Below, piece by piece: positions 25,391 to 34,952 of a stretch of 64,000 nt of DNA. The notes below the pieces were generated by a model. The model did no database searches and was not told the origin of the DNA. It saw only the letters and a list, made by a program, of their open reading frames with translations. How positions within the stretch are numbered: the first letter of the stretch is position 1; each line of letters opens with the position of its first letter. The DNA comes from an uncultured Christensenella sp. Its GTDB lineage: Bacteria > Bacillota > Clostridia > Christensenellales > Pumilibacteraceae. The stretch is taken from the NCBI GenBank assembly GCA_910577945.1, contig CAJTNI010000005.1, forward strand, positions 1 to 64,000, given 5' to 3'. The position numbers and the translations under genes are program-made.

Positions 25391-27954
25391 GAAAAAGATT
25401 TATCAGGCTGATAAGCGTAGTAACGGCGCTGGCTGTGTGCGCGTTTCCCGCGCTGCTGCTGTGCGGCTGTTCGTTCTTTTCGTTGGGCGTATCGGACGGC
25501 GTGGAGTTTACGCGCTCGGCGGTCACAATCGGAGTGGGCGAAACGTACGACCTCGCCGATATAATTTACAGCGAAACGCGCTCGTATAATCTTTCCGTAA
25601 CGTCGGGCGACGCGTACGTGTCGCTGTCCGGCACGCGCGTTCGGGGCGTTGCGGCGGGCACTGCCGTCATTAAGGCGGAAACGTTTATGTACTCGGACAC
25701 CGTGCGGGTGCGCGTGAAGGAGGCTGAGAGCGACGGGCTCGACGTTGTTTACGACGGGGCTTTGACGCAAACCTTGGGGCAAACCGCCGAGGTGTTGTTT
25801 ACGCCCGTCGCTAGCGGTTCGGTAAGTAACGGCACTGTGGATTGGTATATAAACGGCGAAAAGCGCACGACGCTTGCGGCAAGCGACGCGTTCGCTTTCG
25901 AGCCGACGGCGGCGGGCGAGTTTAAGGTGCGCGCGGAGAGCGGCGCGCATGCCGTCGAACACACGGTGCGCGCATACTATGCGACGGACGCGGAGCTCAA
26001 AGTCGAAGGCGCGCTGAATCAACCCTCCGAGCCGTTTGCGAGCGTTACGTTTATTGCCGATATCGAGCGCGACGCGCGCAATCCCGACGGTTATGCGGAG
26101 TGGTTTGTGGACGGCGAAGCGGTAAAGGCGGGCACGGACGCGCGGTTCGTTTATAACCCCGTTGCGGGCGAGCATACCGTTTCTGTACGGGTAAACGGCG
26201 GTAGGATTTATAAGCGGACTGTGCGTTGCGTGGGCAGTATTACGCCCGCCGTGCCGTCGCTCGAATACGATAATCTTTTCCCGCATGCGTATTTAAAGCA
26301 TGACGCAAAGGGGCGCGTCGCGGTGGAAATCACTTCGCCTACGGGCAGCGTTGCCGAATATGCGCAGACCGATTCGGAGTATTCCGCGCTGTTCGGCGAC
26401 GAGGGCTTCGACGTCGGCGGTTTGATATCGCTGTGCGCCGACGGCACGTCGCGGCGCGCGTATCGGTTCAGGGTAAAATCGCTGGGCGACGGCGACGCGT
26501 TGACGGAGAGCGAATACTCGCAGTACTACACGTTTACGCAGCTGCCCGCCGATGTTAAGCCGTATTTGCAGCAGCGGTATATGGATAAGGACTATTATAT
26601 AACGTCCGCATACGAGTTTGTAAACGTATTGGAATATAACGTGCTGTTCCGCAGCAAAACGACGGCTAACCCGCGTATATCGTACGATTGCTATATCGCG
26701 TTCGAAACGGAGCTTACGGCGGAGCAGCTGTGGTACGACGCGTTCGAGCTTGCCGCGACGAGCGGGTATTACAACAATATCAAAACGACGCTCAAAAACA
26801 GCGTGTTTTCGGTGTCGTGCACGGTCGATACGGTCAATTCGCCGTCTACGCAGTCGCGCGACGCGCACGGAGAAAGCGATTACGCCACGCCGCTGCACGC
26901 GGTCGTTCCGCATATCAATTACGACGAGAACAAGTACAGAGCGGCGAACTGTAAGTTCCCCATCGACGGGCTGACGAATACTCAATCCGTCGAGTATACA
27001 GACGAGCTGTACATGACGGCGGAAAACAACGCGCGTCCAGTGCCCGTGCGCGGTTCGGCGGCGGACGCGGTTTATCAAGCGGCGCGCGATATTTTGCGCA
27101 AGATTTGCACTGACGATATGACCGATAAGCAAAAGGCGCACGCGATTTACGATTGGGTTATGTGGCAGGTCACGTACGACACGCCCGCCGCGGACAAAGG
27201 CGGCGAGGACTATTCGGCGTACTACATGGAGGGCGTGTTCGGCGACGGCAAAACCGCAATCGGCGGCAAGGTGTACAATCCGTACGCCGTTTGCGACGGC
27301 ATGAGCAAGGCGTATTCGCTTATGTGCAATATCGAGGGCATACCATGTAAGCGCGTGGGCGGCGTTGCGGGCACGTCGCTCGACAGCGCGGGCGGGCACG
27401 CTTGGAACAAGGTTTTCGTGGAAGGCGGTTGGTACGTAGTCGATTGCACTTGGGGCGATTCTATCGGACAGCTTAATTTGGGCGGGCGCGACGCGGAGTA
27501 CGAGCTCGGATTGCACGACCACCTGTTCCTGACCGACGCGCAAGCCGACTTGACGCATTTCGAGCCGTACGAATCGGGCGACAGCTCCGTAATCTACGCG
27601 CCCGAAACGCCCGCGCGCCCGCTGGACGTTTATCGCGATATGACCTACAACGGCGTCAAAATAAACTGCCGCATTACGTGCGGCGAGAACGCAACGGCAA
27701 GGCTTGCCGAGATAGGCGAAGCGTTTGCGCGCGCGTACGTCAAGCGCGATTCGATAACCGTGCCGGGCGGAGAGAACGGAGGCGTGTACGAGCTCGATTA
27801 CGAGGGCTTGGAAATATGCGTCGGCGACGGAGTTGTGTTATCCGAGCAGAGCGCGCGGTCCGCGCTCGTCGATTCCATACGCGCAGTGCATCGCAACGCC
27901 GACGTGCGGGTGTTCTCTTTCGACGGAACGCTGCTCGTGCTGATGCGCGTTTAA
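25387..27954 (+). CDS. Lipoprotein with BIG2 domains and intact transglutaminase-like cysteine protease domain
   Basis: Lipobox LLCGC. Core AVCDGMSKAYSLMCNIEGIPCKRVGG ... GGHAWNKVFVEGGWYVVDCTWGD (Cys-His-Asp). It overlaps the upstream gene (ATGA). Confidence 0.75.
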   Translation: MRKRFIRLISVVTALAVCAFPALLLCGCSFFSLGVSDGVEFTRSAVTIGVGETYDLADIIYSETRSYNLSVTSGDAYVSLSGTRVRGVAAGTAVIKAETFMYSDTVRVRVKEAESDGLDVVYDGALTQTLGQTAEVLFTPVASGSVSNGTVDWYINGEKRTTLAASDAFAFEPTAAGEFKVRAESGAHAVEHTVRAYYATDAELKVEGALNQPSEPFASVTFIADIERDARNPDGYAEWFVDGEAVKAGTDARFVYNPVAGEHTVSVRVNGGRIYKRTVRCVGSITPAVPSLEYDNLFPHAYLKHDAKGRVAVEITSPTGSVAEYAQTDSEYSALFGDEGFDVGGLISLCADGTSRRAYRFRVKSLGDGDALTESEYSQYYTFTQLPADVKPYLQQRYMDKDYYITSAYEFVNVLEYNVLFRSKTTANPRISYDCYIAFETELTAEQLWYDAFELAATSGYYNNIKTTLKNSVFSVSCTVDTVNSPSTQSRDAHGESDYATPLHAVVPHINYDENKYRAANCKFPIDGLTNTQSVEYTDELYMTAENNARPVPVRGSAADAVYQAARDILRKICTDDMTDKQKAHAIYDWVMWQVTYDTPAADKGGEDYSAYYMEGVFGDGKTAIGGKVYNPYAVCDGMSKAYSLMCNIEGIPCKRVGGVAGTSLDSAGGHAWNKVFVEGGWYVVDCTWGDSIGQLNLGGRDAEYELGLHDHLFLTDAQADLTHFEPYESGDSSVIYAPETPARPLDVYRDMTYNGVKINCRITCGENATARLAEIGEAFARAYVKRDSITVPGGENGGVYELDYEGLEICVGDGVVLSEQSARSALVDSIRAVHRNADVRVFSFDGTLLVLMRV

Positions 27955-27972
27955 TCTAAAATATCCAAAACA

Positions 27973-28010
27973 AAACCCCCAAGTGCCGCGGCGCGACGTT
28001 CGGGGGTTTT
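27973..28010. terminator. Bidirectional terminator between convergent genes
   Basis: aaaaccccc...gggggtttt hairpin. Confidence 0.55.
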
Positions 28011-28022
28011 CGATTGGCGGAT

Positions 28023-28787
28023 TTAAAGCGCGGAGAACGCCGCGAAAAATTCTTTCTCGGGCGCGCGCCAGCACGTTTCGTCGTGAACGCCCTCGTTGTT
28101 TACGGTCAGCGTCAGGTTTTTCGCGCCGCCGCGGCGCAACGCGTCCGTAAGCATGAACGCCGATTGCACGTAGAGCTGCGGCACGGCTTTTATAAGCTCG
28201 GGGTCGTCGAGCTCGCCCGATAGCTCGCTGCCGCCGCAGTACGCTTGATAGTACGCGTCGTCGTCGAGGCTGAGCGCGTCGAAAAACTTTTCGTACGCGG
28301 CGTGGCAAATAAACAGCGGGGCGGAAAACAATCCGTACGCGATAAACTTGTCGGGCTTGCGCGCGGCAAAACCGAGCGTGGCGAGCGCGCCCGCCGACGA
28401 GCCCAGCATCGCGTACTTTTTAAACCCGAACCGTTTATCGAGATACGGCAGCAGCATTTCTTCCAAATAGTCGAAATATTCGGCGGCTTTTCCGCCCGTA
28501 CCTCCGCAGGACGGCTTGTACTCGTCGAGCTCTATGGGAAAGGGCAGGTAGTCGTCCATTCGCGTCGGAGTGCAATCAACGCCGATAATCGCCGTGTTTT
28601 TTACGCCCGCGCTTTTGAGCGCGTCGAGCGCGCGCCAGCTCTTTTTGTAGGCGGCGTCCTCGTCGTAAAACACGTTTTGACCGTCGTGCATGATAATAGC
28701 GCGGTCGGCGCTTTTGGGCGCGTAAATGCGCACCGTGCGCGCGTAACCGTTTTTGGAAATTACGGCTATTTCGTATTTGCGTTTCAT
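28023..28787 (-). CDS. Esterase (alpha/beta hydrolase, esterase D-like family)
   Basis: YAMLGSSAGALATL carries the GxSxG motif. The N-terminus ARTVRIYAPKS...IIMHDGQNVF is esterase-like. Confidence 0.7.
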   Translation of the reverse strand: MKRKYEIAVISKNGYARTVRIYAPKSADRAIIMHDGQNVFYDEDAAYKKSWRALDALKSAGVKNTAIIGVDCTPTRMDDYLPFPIELDEYKPSCGGTGGKAAEYFDYLEEMLLPYLDKRFGFKKYAMLGSSAGALATLGFAARKPDKFIAYGLFSAPLFICHAAYEKFFDALSLDDDAYYQAYCGGSELSGELDDPELIKAVPQLYVQSAFMLTDALRRGGAKNLTLTVNNEGVHDETCWRAPEKEFFAAFSAL

Positions 28788-28905
28788 ATAAAACCTCTTT
28801 TTCGCCGCGACGAGTACGTCGCGCGCGTGATTTTCAGCTTACGATAAGTTTATCGCGTCGCGCGCAAAAAGTCAATATTTATGCGAAAATTTATGCGACA
28901 AAGTA

Positions 28906-28934
28906 TTGATTTTGATAATACCGTGTGCTATAAT
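28906..28934 (+). promoter_or_regulatory. Leaderless promoter of CCA-adding enzyme gene
   Basis: TTGATT-17-TATAAT-6-ATG(28941). Confidence 0.55.
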
Positions 28935-28940
28935 TGCGGT

Positions 28941-30278
28941 ATGAAAATCGAATTGGATAAAAAGTCCGCCGAGTTTATTTGCGGGCTTGGTGAAAATGTG
29001 TACGTAGTCGGCGGCTACGTGCGCAATAGCCTATGCGGATATAAGACCACCGATATAGATATCGCGGGGCCCGTGCCCGCGCTTGCGCTCAACCTGCCGC
29101 CGCACACGTCCATGACAATGGTCAACCACCGCATGGGCACGGCGCAGCTTATAAACGACGGCGTAAAGTACGAATATACGCCGTTCAGAGTGGAGGTTTA
29201 CAACGAGGGCGGCGCGCACACGCCGTCGCAGGTGTATTTTACTACCGATTTGAACGCCGACGCAATGCGCCGCGATTTTTGTTGCAACGCGGTGTATTAC
29301 GACGTGCGAAAGGACGAGCTGGTCGACCCGCTCAACGGCTTGCGCGATATAGAACAAAAGATTTTGCGCGGCTGCAACAAGCGCGTTTTCGAGTCGGACG
29401 GGCTGAGGCTGCTGCGGCTCGCGCGGCTCGCCGCCGAGCTCGGGTTTAAAATAAACGGCGAAACGGGCGCGTCGGCAAAAGCCAATTCCGCCAAGCTCGC
29501 GGATATCACGTCGGAGCGCAAGCGCACCGAGCTAGATAAGATTTTGCACGCGGACACGGTGAACGGCATAGCCAACGCGCAGTACAGGGGCTTGCGGCTT
29601 TTAAAGCAGCTCGATTTGTGGAAATATTTGATTCCCGAGCTTGCCGATTGCGACGGTATCGCGCAGCCCGAACAGTATCACAAGTACGACGTAATGGAGC
29701 ATTCGTTCCAATGCGTGCGGTACGCGCCGCCCGTGCACAACGTGCGGCTTGCCGCGCTGCTGCACGACGTTGGCAAAGCGTACTGTCTCAAAAATTTCGG
29801 AAATTTCCACGGGCACGAAAAGTGCTCGGGCGTAGCGGCGCGCATTATTCTCAACAGATTGCGTTACCCGAACGACGTAATCAATCAGGTCGTGCGGCTG
29901 TGCTCGTTGCATATGTACGATATGCGCGGCGAAACGCGCGAGGCAAAGGCGCGCGTGTTCGTGGCTAAGAATTACGATATTATCGACAAGCTCGTCGCGC
30001 TCATTCGCGCGGACAGATTGGCGACGGGCGTTATGACCAAAGAGGAAACGGACAAGCCGCACAGGTTCGAGACGATACGCGCGCAAATGCTGTCCGACGG
30101 CGCGCCCATACTCAAAAAATCGCTCAAAATTTCGGGCAAGGACTTGATAGATATGGGGTTCGAGGGCGAGGCGATTTCCGCCGCGCTGGAAGAGCTCTGG
30201 CGCGACTGCGTAATAAACCCCAAAAACAATACGCCCGAGCATCTTTTCAAAATGGCGGAAAAGCTGCCTAAGCGATAA
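28941..30278 (+). CDS. cca: CCA tRNA nucleotidyltransferase with HD domain
   Basis: Pol beta-like head GGYVRNSLCGYKTTDIDIAGP and RRDFCCNAVYYD. HD motif LLHDVGK. Confidence 0.8.
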   Translation: MKIELDKKSAEFICGLGENVYVVGGYVRNSLCGYKTTDIDIAGPVPALALNLPPHTSMTMVNHRMGTAQLINDGVKYEYTPFRVEVYNEGGAHTPSQVYFTTDLNADAMRRDFCCNAVYYDVRKDELVDPLNGLRDIEQKILRGCNKRVFESDGLRLLRLARLAAELGFKINGETGASAKANSAKLADITSERKRTELDKILHADTVNGIANAQYRGLRLLKQLDLWKYLIPELADCDGIAQPEQYHKYDVMEHSFQCVRYAPPVHNVRLAALLHDVGKAYCLKNFGNFHGHEKCSGVAARIILNRLRYPNDVINQVVRLCSLHMYDMRGETREAKARVFVAKNYDIIDKLVALIRADRLATGVMTKEETDKPHRFETIRAQMLSDGAPILKKSLKISGKDLIDMGFEGEAISAALEELWRDCVINPKNNTPEHLFKMAEKLPKR

Positions 30279-30352
30279 GGCGCAAAAATCATAAATATAT
30301 ATTGCAATAAGCTCGTTCGGCACAAGTCAAACGGGCTTATTTCGATTGAGTA

Positions 30353-30381
30353 TTGACATGATATTATATTTGTGATACAAT
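30353..30381 (+). promoter_or_regulatory. Consensus sigma70 promoter for small lipoprotein gene
   Basis: TTGACA-17-TACAAT, then RBS ggagg, then ATG 30402. Confidence 0.55.
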
Positions 30382-30401
30382 GATAACGGAGGTGCTGCGA
30401 T

Positions 30402-30584
30402 ATGGGCGAGAGAAATGCGATTAGAAAAATTCGGAATATAATAATAGCTATAACAGTATTGTGCGCGCTGTTTTTAACGGCTTGCGGTGATAAAAAAGAC
30501 TGTCGCGGATGCGGAGCGTTTTTTGCGCAGTGGGCGGACGGATATCGAAAAGCGCCGCGACAATGCAAATGGATAGCCGATTAA
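30402..30584 (+). CDS. Small putative lipoprotein (60 aa)
   Basis: Signal peptide with lipobox LTAC. It has a strong promoter and RBS. The mature part is Cys-rich. Confidence 0.4.
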   Translation: MGERNAIRKIRNIIIAITVLCALFLTACGDKKDCRGCGAFFAQWADGYRKAPRQCKWIAD

Positions 30585-30750
30585 ATATTCGAATATCGTT
30601 ATTATGAATCGTGTGGATTACGGGTACAGGCGTAAGCGCGGTGCTAATCCGCGTATGCGCTCGGCTAATGCGGTATATCCGCAAATCGTATGTGTTTTAT
30701 GGCGTTTGGGTCGAATAGTTTCGCGGTTATTCGACATACTACAATACGGA

Positions 30751-32040
30751 ATGAATGCGAGTATGTGGAGTATAATACTGTGCGCGGCGGCAGTATGCGC
30801 GTTTCCGTGCGGCATACATAAGGCGGAAACACATGTCGCGTCGCAGTGCGCGCCCTGCGCGGCGGTTGCGGCGCAGCCCGAGGCGGACGGCGGCGAGCCC
30901 GAGCGCGTCGCTCGAATAACCGTCGACGCAAAGGGTAAGCGGTTTACTTATACAGACGACAGGATAATTCCGTCCGATTTTACCGTAGCCGAATATATCG
31001 AAACGCATAAAATAAACGCGCCGCTTTCCGAAAAGCTGGAATTTGCGGATAGCCTTCTCAAAAAGGGCGCAAGCTACAAAACCGCGCTCGGCGTGTGCTT
31101 TCCTCGACTGTCGGCGACCGTGGACAAGGTGGCGGCGCAGTTGTACGTGCCCGCCGTGAACGCCGAGGTCGTTTATAAAAACGGCATATATTCGGTAACC
31201 GACGACCGCGCGGGGGCGACGCTCGACGAGAATAAGCTGTACGCGGGCATATACTATTGCTTCAAGTTCGGCGGCGAAAACATAAGCGCGACGGCGGTGC
31301 GCGTCAACCCCGAAATCACGAGCGCGGCGCTCAAAAGCAATCTCGTGCTGCGTTCTGCGTATACGACCGATTTTCACACGTCCACGGCGGATAGGGCGCA
31401 CAACGTTACGCTCGCGCTGCGCAAGTTCGACGGGTTTAGAATACGCGCGGGCGAAACCGTGTCGTTCAATCGAGTAGTGGGCGCGCGCACCGAGGAGAAC
31501 GGCTTTAAAAAAGCCAAAATCATAGTGGACGGCAAATATACCGACGGCGTAGGCGGCGGCGTGTGTCAAGCGTCGACTGCGGTTTATAACGCGGCGCTTT
31601 TGGCGGGGCTCAAATGCAGCGCCAACGCGCATTCCATTTGCCCGTCGTACTGCCCCGCAGGGCTCGACGCCATGATAAGCACGGCGAGCGACCTCACTAT
31701 AACAAATACGACCGCGCACGACGTGTTCGTTTCGGTTAAATGCTCGGGCGGCAAAGCCACCGTCAAAATGATAGGCGAGCGCAACGAGTACGAAATCGTG
31801 CCCGAAAGCGTAACCGTCAATACGTTTCCGTTCGCCGACGTGGAAATCGTAGACAGGGAACGTAAGTTTTTCGGCGCGGACGCAGTGTCGGGCGACAGAC
31901 TGCTTGTGTCGCTCGGCAAGGACGGCATAATCAGCGAAACGTATCTTAAATATTACAAGGACGGCAAATTCGTTAAGCGCGTAAAGATACGCGGCAACGA
32001 ATACAAATCGTCGCCGCAAATCGTAGCCGTCGCGCCGTAA
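30751..32040 (+). CDS. VanW family protein with C-terminal G5-like domain
   Basis: The VanW core contains GGGVCQASTAVYNAALLAGL. The N-terminal signal peptide is MNASMWSIILCAAAVCAF. The start at 30751 follows TACAAT-5-ATG; the ORF track extends upstream to 30604. Confidence 0.65.
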   Translation: MNASMWSIILCAAAVCAFPCGIHKAETHVASQCAPCAAVAAQPEADGGEPERVARITVDAKGKRFTYTDDRIIPSDFTVAEYIETHKINAPLSEKLEFADSLLKKGASYKTALGVCFPRLSATVDKVAAQLYVPAVNAEVVYKNGIYSVTDDRAGATLDENKLYAGIYYCFKFGGENISATAVRVNPEITSAALKSNLVLRSAYTTDFHTSTADRAHNVTLALRKFDGFRIRAGETVSFNRVVGARTEENGFKKAKIIVDGKYTDGVGGGVCQASTAVYNAALLAGLKCSANAHSICPSYCPAGLDAMISTASDLTITNTTAHDVFVSVKCSGGKATVKMIGERNEYEIVPESVTVNTFPFADVEIVDRERKFFGADAVSGDRLLVSLGKDGIISETYLKYYKDGKFVKRVKIRGNEYKSSPQIVAVAP

Positions 32041-32374
32041 AGCATTTAAATTAAGAATGAATAGCGAAGTCGGCTTGTCGCTCAGAGCGTAGAGAAGCGA
32101 GCTTGGCGTATGTACGTTTCGCCGAAAAATAACTGTAAATATATTGTCGTTTCGAGCCGTTGCGAAGCAACGCGTCGAGAAATCTATTTATATAGGAGAG
32201 AATTCTCCGCTTTTCTCGGTTTGCGCCAAATCTCGTGCGTGCCGAAACGTAAACATTATTGTCTGTTTTTGCGCGCGCTCGATTAGTGCCGCATGCAAGT
32301 GCTATCATATACTACACGCGATAGTCGCGGCGCATACAGCCGAATAACCTACGTATCGCGTGCGGGAGAATGCC

Positions 32375-33742
32375 ATGCGATTGAACAAGGCGCAAACGAC
32401 TGTAATCGTGCTGTTGAATTTGCTGATTGCCGCGCTGGTGGCGTACATATTTTTATCGCCGTACTTTGTCAAAGCGGGCGGCGGACAAGGCGGCACGCCG
32501 CCCGACGGCGACCCGCCCAATCAGGGCGCTAATACCGACCCCGTACCGCCGCACAATAAGCTGCGCGACGCAATCGCGGGCAAAACGCCCGAAATTTTAC
32601 GCGAAACGCGGCTTATGGGTACGGGCGACGAGCACGTTGTGTCGGTATTTTTCAAGGACGGCGTGACTTACGTGTTCGGCAATGCGGGCGTCGGCGACCT
32701 CGATTTCGACAGCTACGGCGGGTTTTTATGTACGGTAAACGGCGCGGGGACTATTCTCGGCTTTACGTACTTTGCGGGCGCGATAACGGCGGCGTCCGCC
32801 GTGGGCGGCGGGTATGCGGTGGCGACCGAGAGCGGCGCAGGCACGGGTGACGCGACGGCAAAGCTGTATTTTGTAGATTATACGGGCGACGCGCGCGAGA
32901 CCGCCACGCTGGACGGCGCGGCGCGCGACGTGTTCGCGTTAGACAACAACAAGCTGGCGGTGGTCACGCAGCCTACTAGCTCGTCGCTCAAATTCAGCGA
33001 GTACGCAACGGGCGAGGGCGAGTTTGCGCTCGGCAGGAGTACGCGCATAGAATGCTGGTATAATCTGACTTATTTCGATTGCTACGACCTCGGCGGCACG
33101 TACGTTATTTCCGCGCGCGCACACAGTCTGCCGCTGTACGACGCCGTCGTATTCTTTACTTTTGTGCCCGGCGGGAGCGAAACGGCGCACTACTACGGCG
33201 GCAGCAACGACGCAAAGACGAGACCGTACGCTGTCATGCCGTTCGGCGGCGGATACTTCGCGCTCGCCGACAAGGGCGGGCTTGCAACGCTTATAAGCGT
33301 AGATTACGCGTTCAAGAGCTATCACTCGTCGTCGCTCGATTTCACGTTCGAGGACGCGCGGCTGTTCTTTACGGGCGGCAAGTATTACGCGTGCTTCGAC
33401 CGCGCCGACGGCGCGATAACGTACGAGCTCGACGAAAATCTGGGCAGGCGCAGGCTCGACGGCTTGGGCGGGGCGTCCGTGCGGTGCGCGGCGAGCGTGG
33501 GCGAAACTGCGCTTGTAGGCGTAAAGGGCGAGTATAAGGACGGCAAGCGCGACAATAAGGCGTTGGAGCTGCACTTGCCCGCGTCGGGCAAATCGCTGTC
33601 GCTCGACGTGACGGACGGCGAGGCGTACGGCGCGAATAAATCCGCCGACGGCATAACTCTCGTTATAACGGCTCGCGGCGGCGAAGCGTTGTCATCGCCC
33701 AGCGGCGGCAGCGACGTTTATATCGTTACGGTCAAGCTGTGA
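32375..33742 (+). CDS. Hypothetical membrane-anchored secreted protein
   Basis: N-terminal TM anchor, Gly/Pro-rich linker, beta-rich body. No recognisable motif. RBS gggaga precedes ATG 32375. Confidence 0.45.
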   Translation: MRLNKAQTTVIVLLNLLIAALVAYIFLSPYFVKAGGGQGGTPPDGDPPNQGANTDPVPPHNKLRDAIAGKTPEILRETRLMGTGDEHVVSVFFKDGVTYVFGNAGVGDLDFDSYGGFLCTVNGAGTILGFTYFAGAITAASAVGGGYAVATESGAGTGDATAKLYFVDYTGDARETATLDGAARDVFALDNNKLAVVTQPTSSSLKFSEYATGEGEFALGRSTRIECWYNLTYFDCYDLGGTYVISARAHSLPLYDAVVFFTFVPGGSETAHYYGGSNDAKTRPYAVMPFGGGYFALADKGGLATLISVDYAFKSYHSSSLDFTFEDARLFFTGGKYYACFDRADGAITYELDENLGRRRLDGLGGASVRCAASVGETALVGVKGEYKDGKRDNKALELHLPASGKSLSLDVTDGEAYGANKSADGITLVITARGGEALSSPSGGSDVYIVTVKL

Positions 33743-33837
33743 TAATATTAAAAACGCAAGCTCGCCCGAGCGAGCGGGCGAGCTTGCGTTGCGCTACAAC
33801 CGTGGACAGCTTGCCGTATGTTTCGGTTTTGCAGCGA

Positions 33838-34419
33838 TTATATAGCTTGAACGTCGGCAAGAATTTTCGTCAGTTCCGCGATTGATTTTTTGCCTCGTTT
33901 TATTTGAACGCTGTCGATTATCACTCGTATCGGTGTGTAGACAACGCCTATGACCGTACCTACGATGCACATTATTATCTTCATCCAAAATCCGTCTTTG
34001 CGCTCGATATTTCCGTTTTCGTCGATAACGTATTCTACGCCTTGTTCCATTTCCTTTTGTCTGTGCATTTGCTTAGCTGCTTTGTGCCAAGTTATGCCCG
34101 TATAGATTCCGCACAAAGCGATTCCGCAAATAAGCGCCACCAAATCTATTCCGTTTTCGCCGACAAAAGCGGCGATAATAAGGAATAATCCTATCGCGTA
34201 TAATATGCAGCTCACAATTATGCGGATAAGTCGGCTCTTATTGTCTTTTCGGTAAATCCCAATCGCTTTATTAGTCTTGTCGCAAAGGCAATCGACGCAC
34301 AACGTGCCGTACTGCTCTTTGATAAACGCGGTCTTATCCGCGCACTCTTTGCATATCCCCGCACCGCAAACGTTGCATTGCGCAACCGCGCCGCGGTCGG
34401 GGTGTCGTTCACATTCCAT
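33838..34419 (-). CDS. Zinc-ribbon (CxxC x2) N-terminal domain membrane protein
   Basis: MECERHPDRGAVAQCNVCGAGICKECADK...CVDCLC is followed by 3-4 TM helices. RBS ataggagaaaaa. Confidence 0.45.
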   Translation of the reverse strand: MECERHPDRGAVAQCNVCGAGICKECADKTAFIKEQYGTLCVDCLCDKTNKAIGIYRKDNKSRLIRIIVSCILYAIGLFLIIAAFVGENGIDLVALICGIALCGIYTGITWHKAAKQMHRQKEMEQGVEYVIDENGNIERKDGFWMKIIMCIVGTVIGVVYTPIRVIIDSVQIKRGKKSIAELTKILADVQAI

Positions 34420-34490
34420 GTTTTTCTCCTATAAAGATTTTTTCGGCAAGCTTAATTCTTTCGCATATTTATGCGAATAAGAATTTTGTG

Positions 34491-34547
34491 TATGAGAATA
34501 CTCATACTACAAATATTATATATGTATTTACTCATAATGTCAATGAG
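34491..34547 (+). promoter_or_regulatory. Two inverted-repeat operators upstream of XRE regulator
   Basis: TATGAGaataCTCATA (34491-34506) and CTCATaatgtcaATGAG (34531-34547) share TATGAG/CTCATA half-sites. TATAAT at 34564 sits 6 nt before ATG 34576. Confidence 0.45.
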
Positions 34548-34575
34548 TTTTTGCATTTCAGTGTATAATTTTTTT

Positions 34576-34917
34576 ATGTTTGGCAGCGTTATAAAAGAAT
34601 TGAGAGCGGAAATGGGTATTACGCAAGCAAAGCTTGCGAGTATACTAGGGTGCAGTCAATCGATGATTGCTCGGTGGGAAAAAGGCGAGTGTGAGCCCAC
34701 CGAGTCGGTAATAGTGAAAGCCGCCGATACGTTTAACGTTTCCACGGATATAATATTGGGACGCGACTATCAGCGCGAGCCGATATTGCGCGCGTCGTAT
34801 TGCGTTAACGCAAGAAAAACGTCGGGCGTCGGCGCGGGCAAACGTGCATGGCTTATTTCCAAATACGACTCTGCGTCCGACGATATCAGAAAAGCCGTCG
34901 ATAAATTGTTATCGTAA
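34576..34917 (+). CDS. XRE family HTH transcriptional regulator
   Basis: GSVIKELRAEMGITQAKLASILGCSQSMIARWEKGECEP is an HTH_3. The gene is leaderless (TATAAT-6-ATG). Confidence 0.75.
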   Translation: MFGSVIKELRAEMGITQAKLASILGCSQSMIARWEKGECEPTESVIVKAADTFNVSTDIILGRDYQREPILRASYCVNARKTSGVGAGKRAWLISKYDSASDDIRKAVDKLLS

Positions 34918-34952
34918 AGCGATATTATTCGCCGCTATACCGCTTATTGTGC

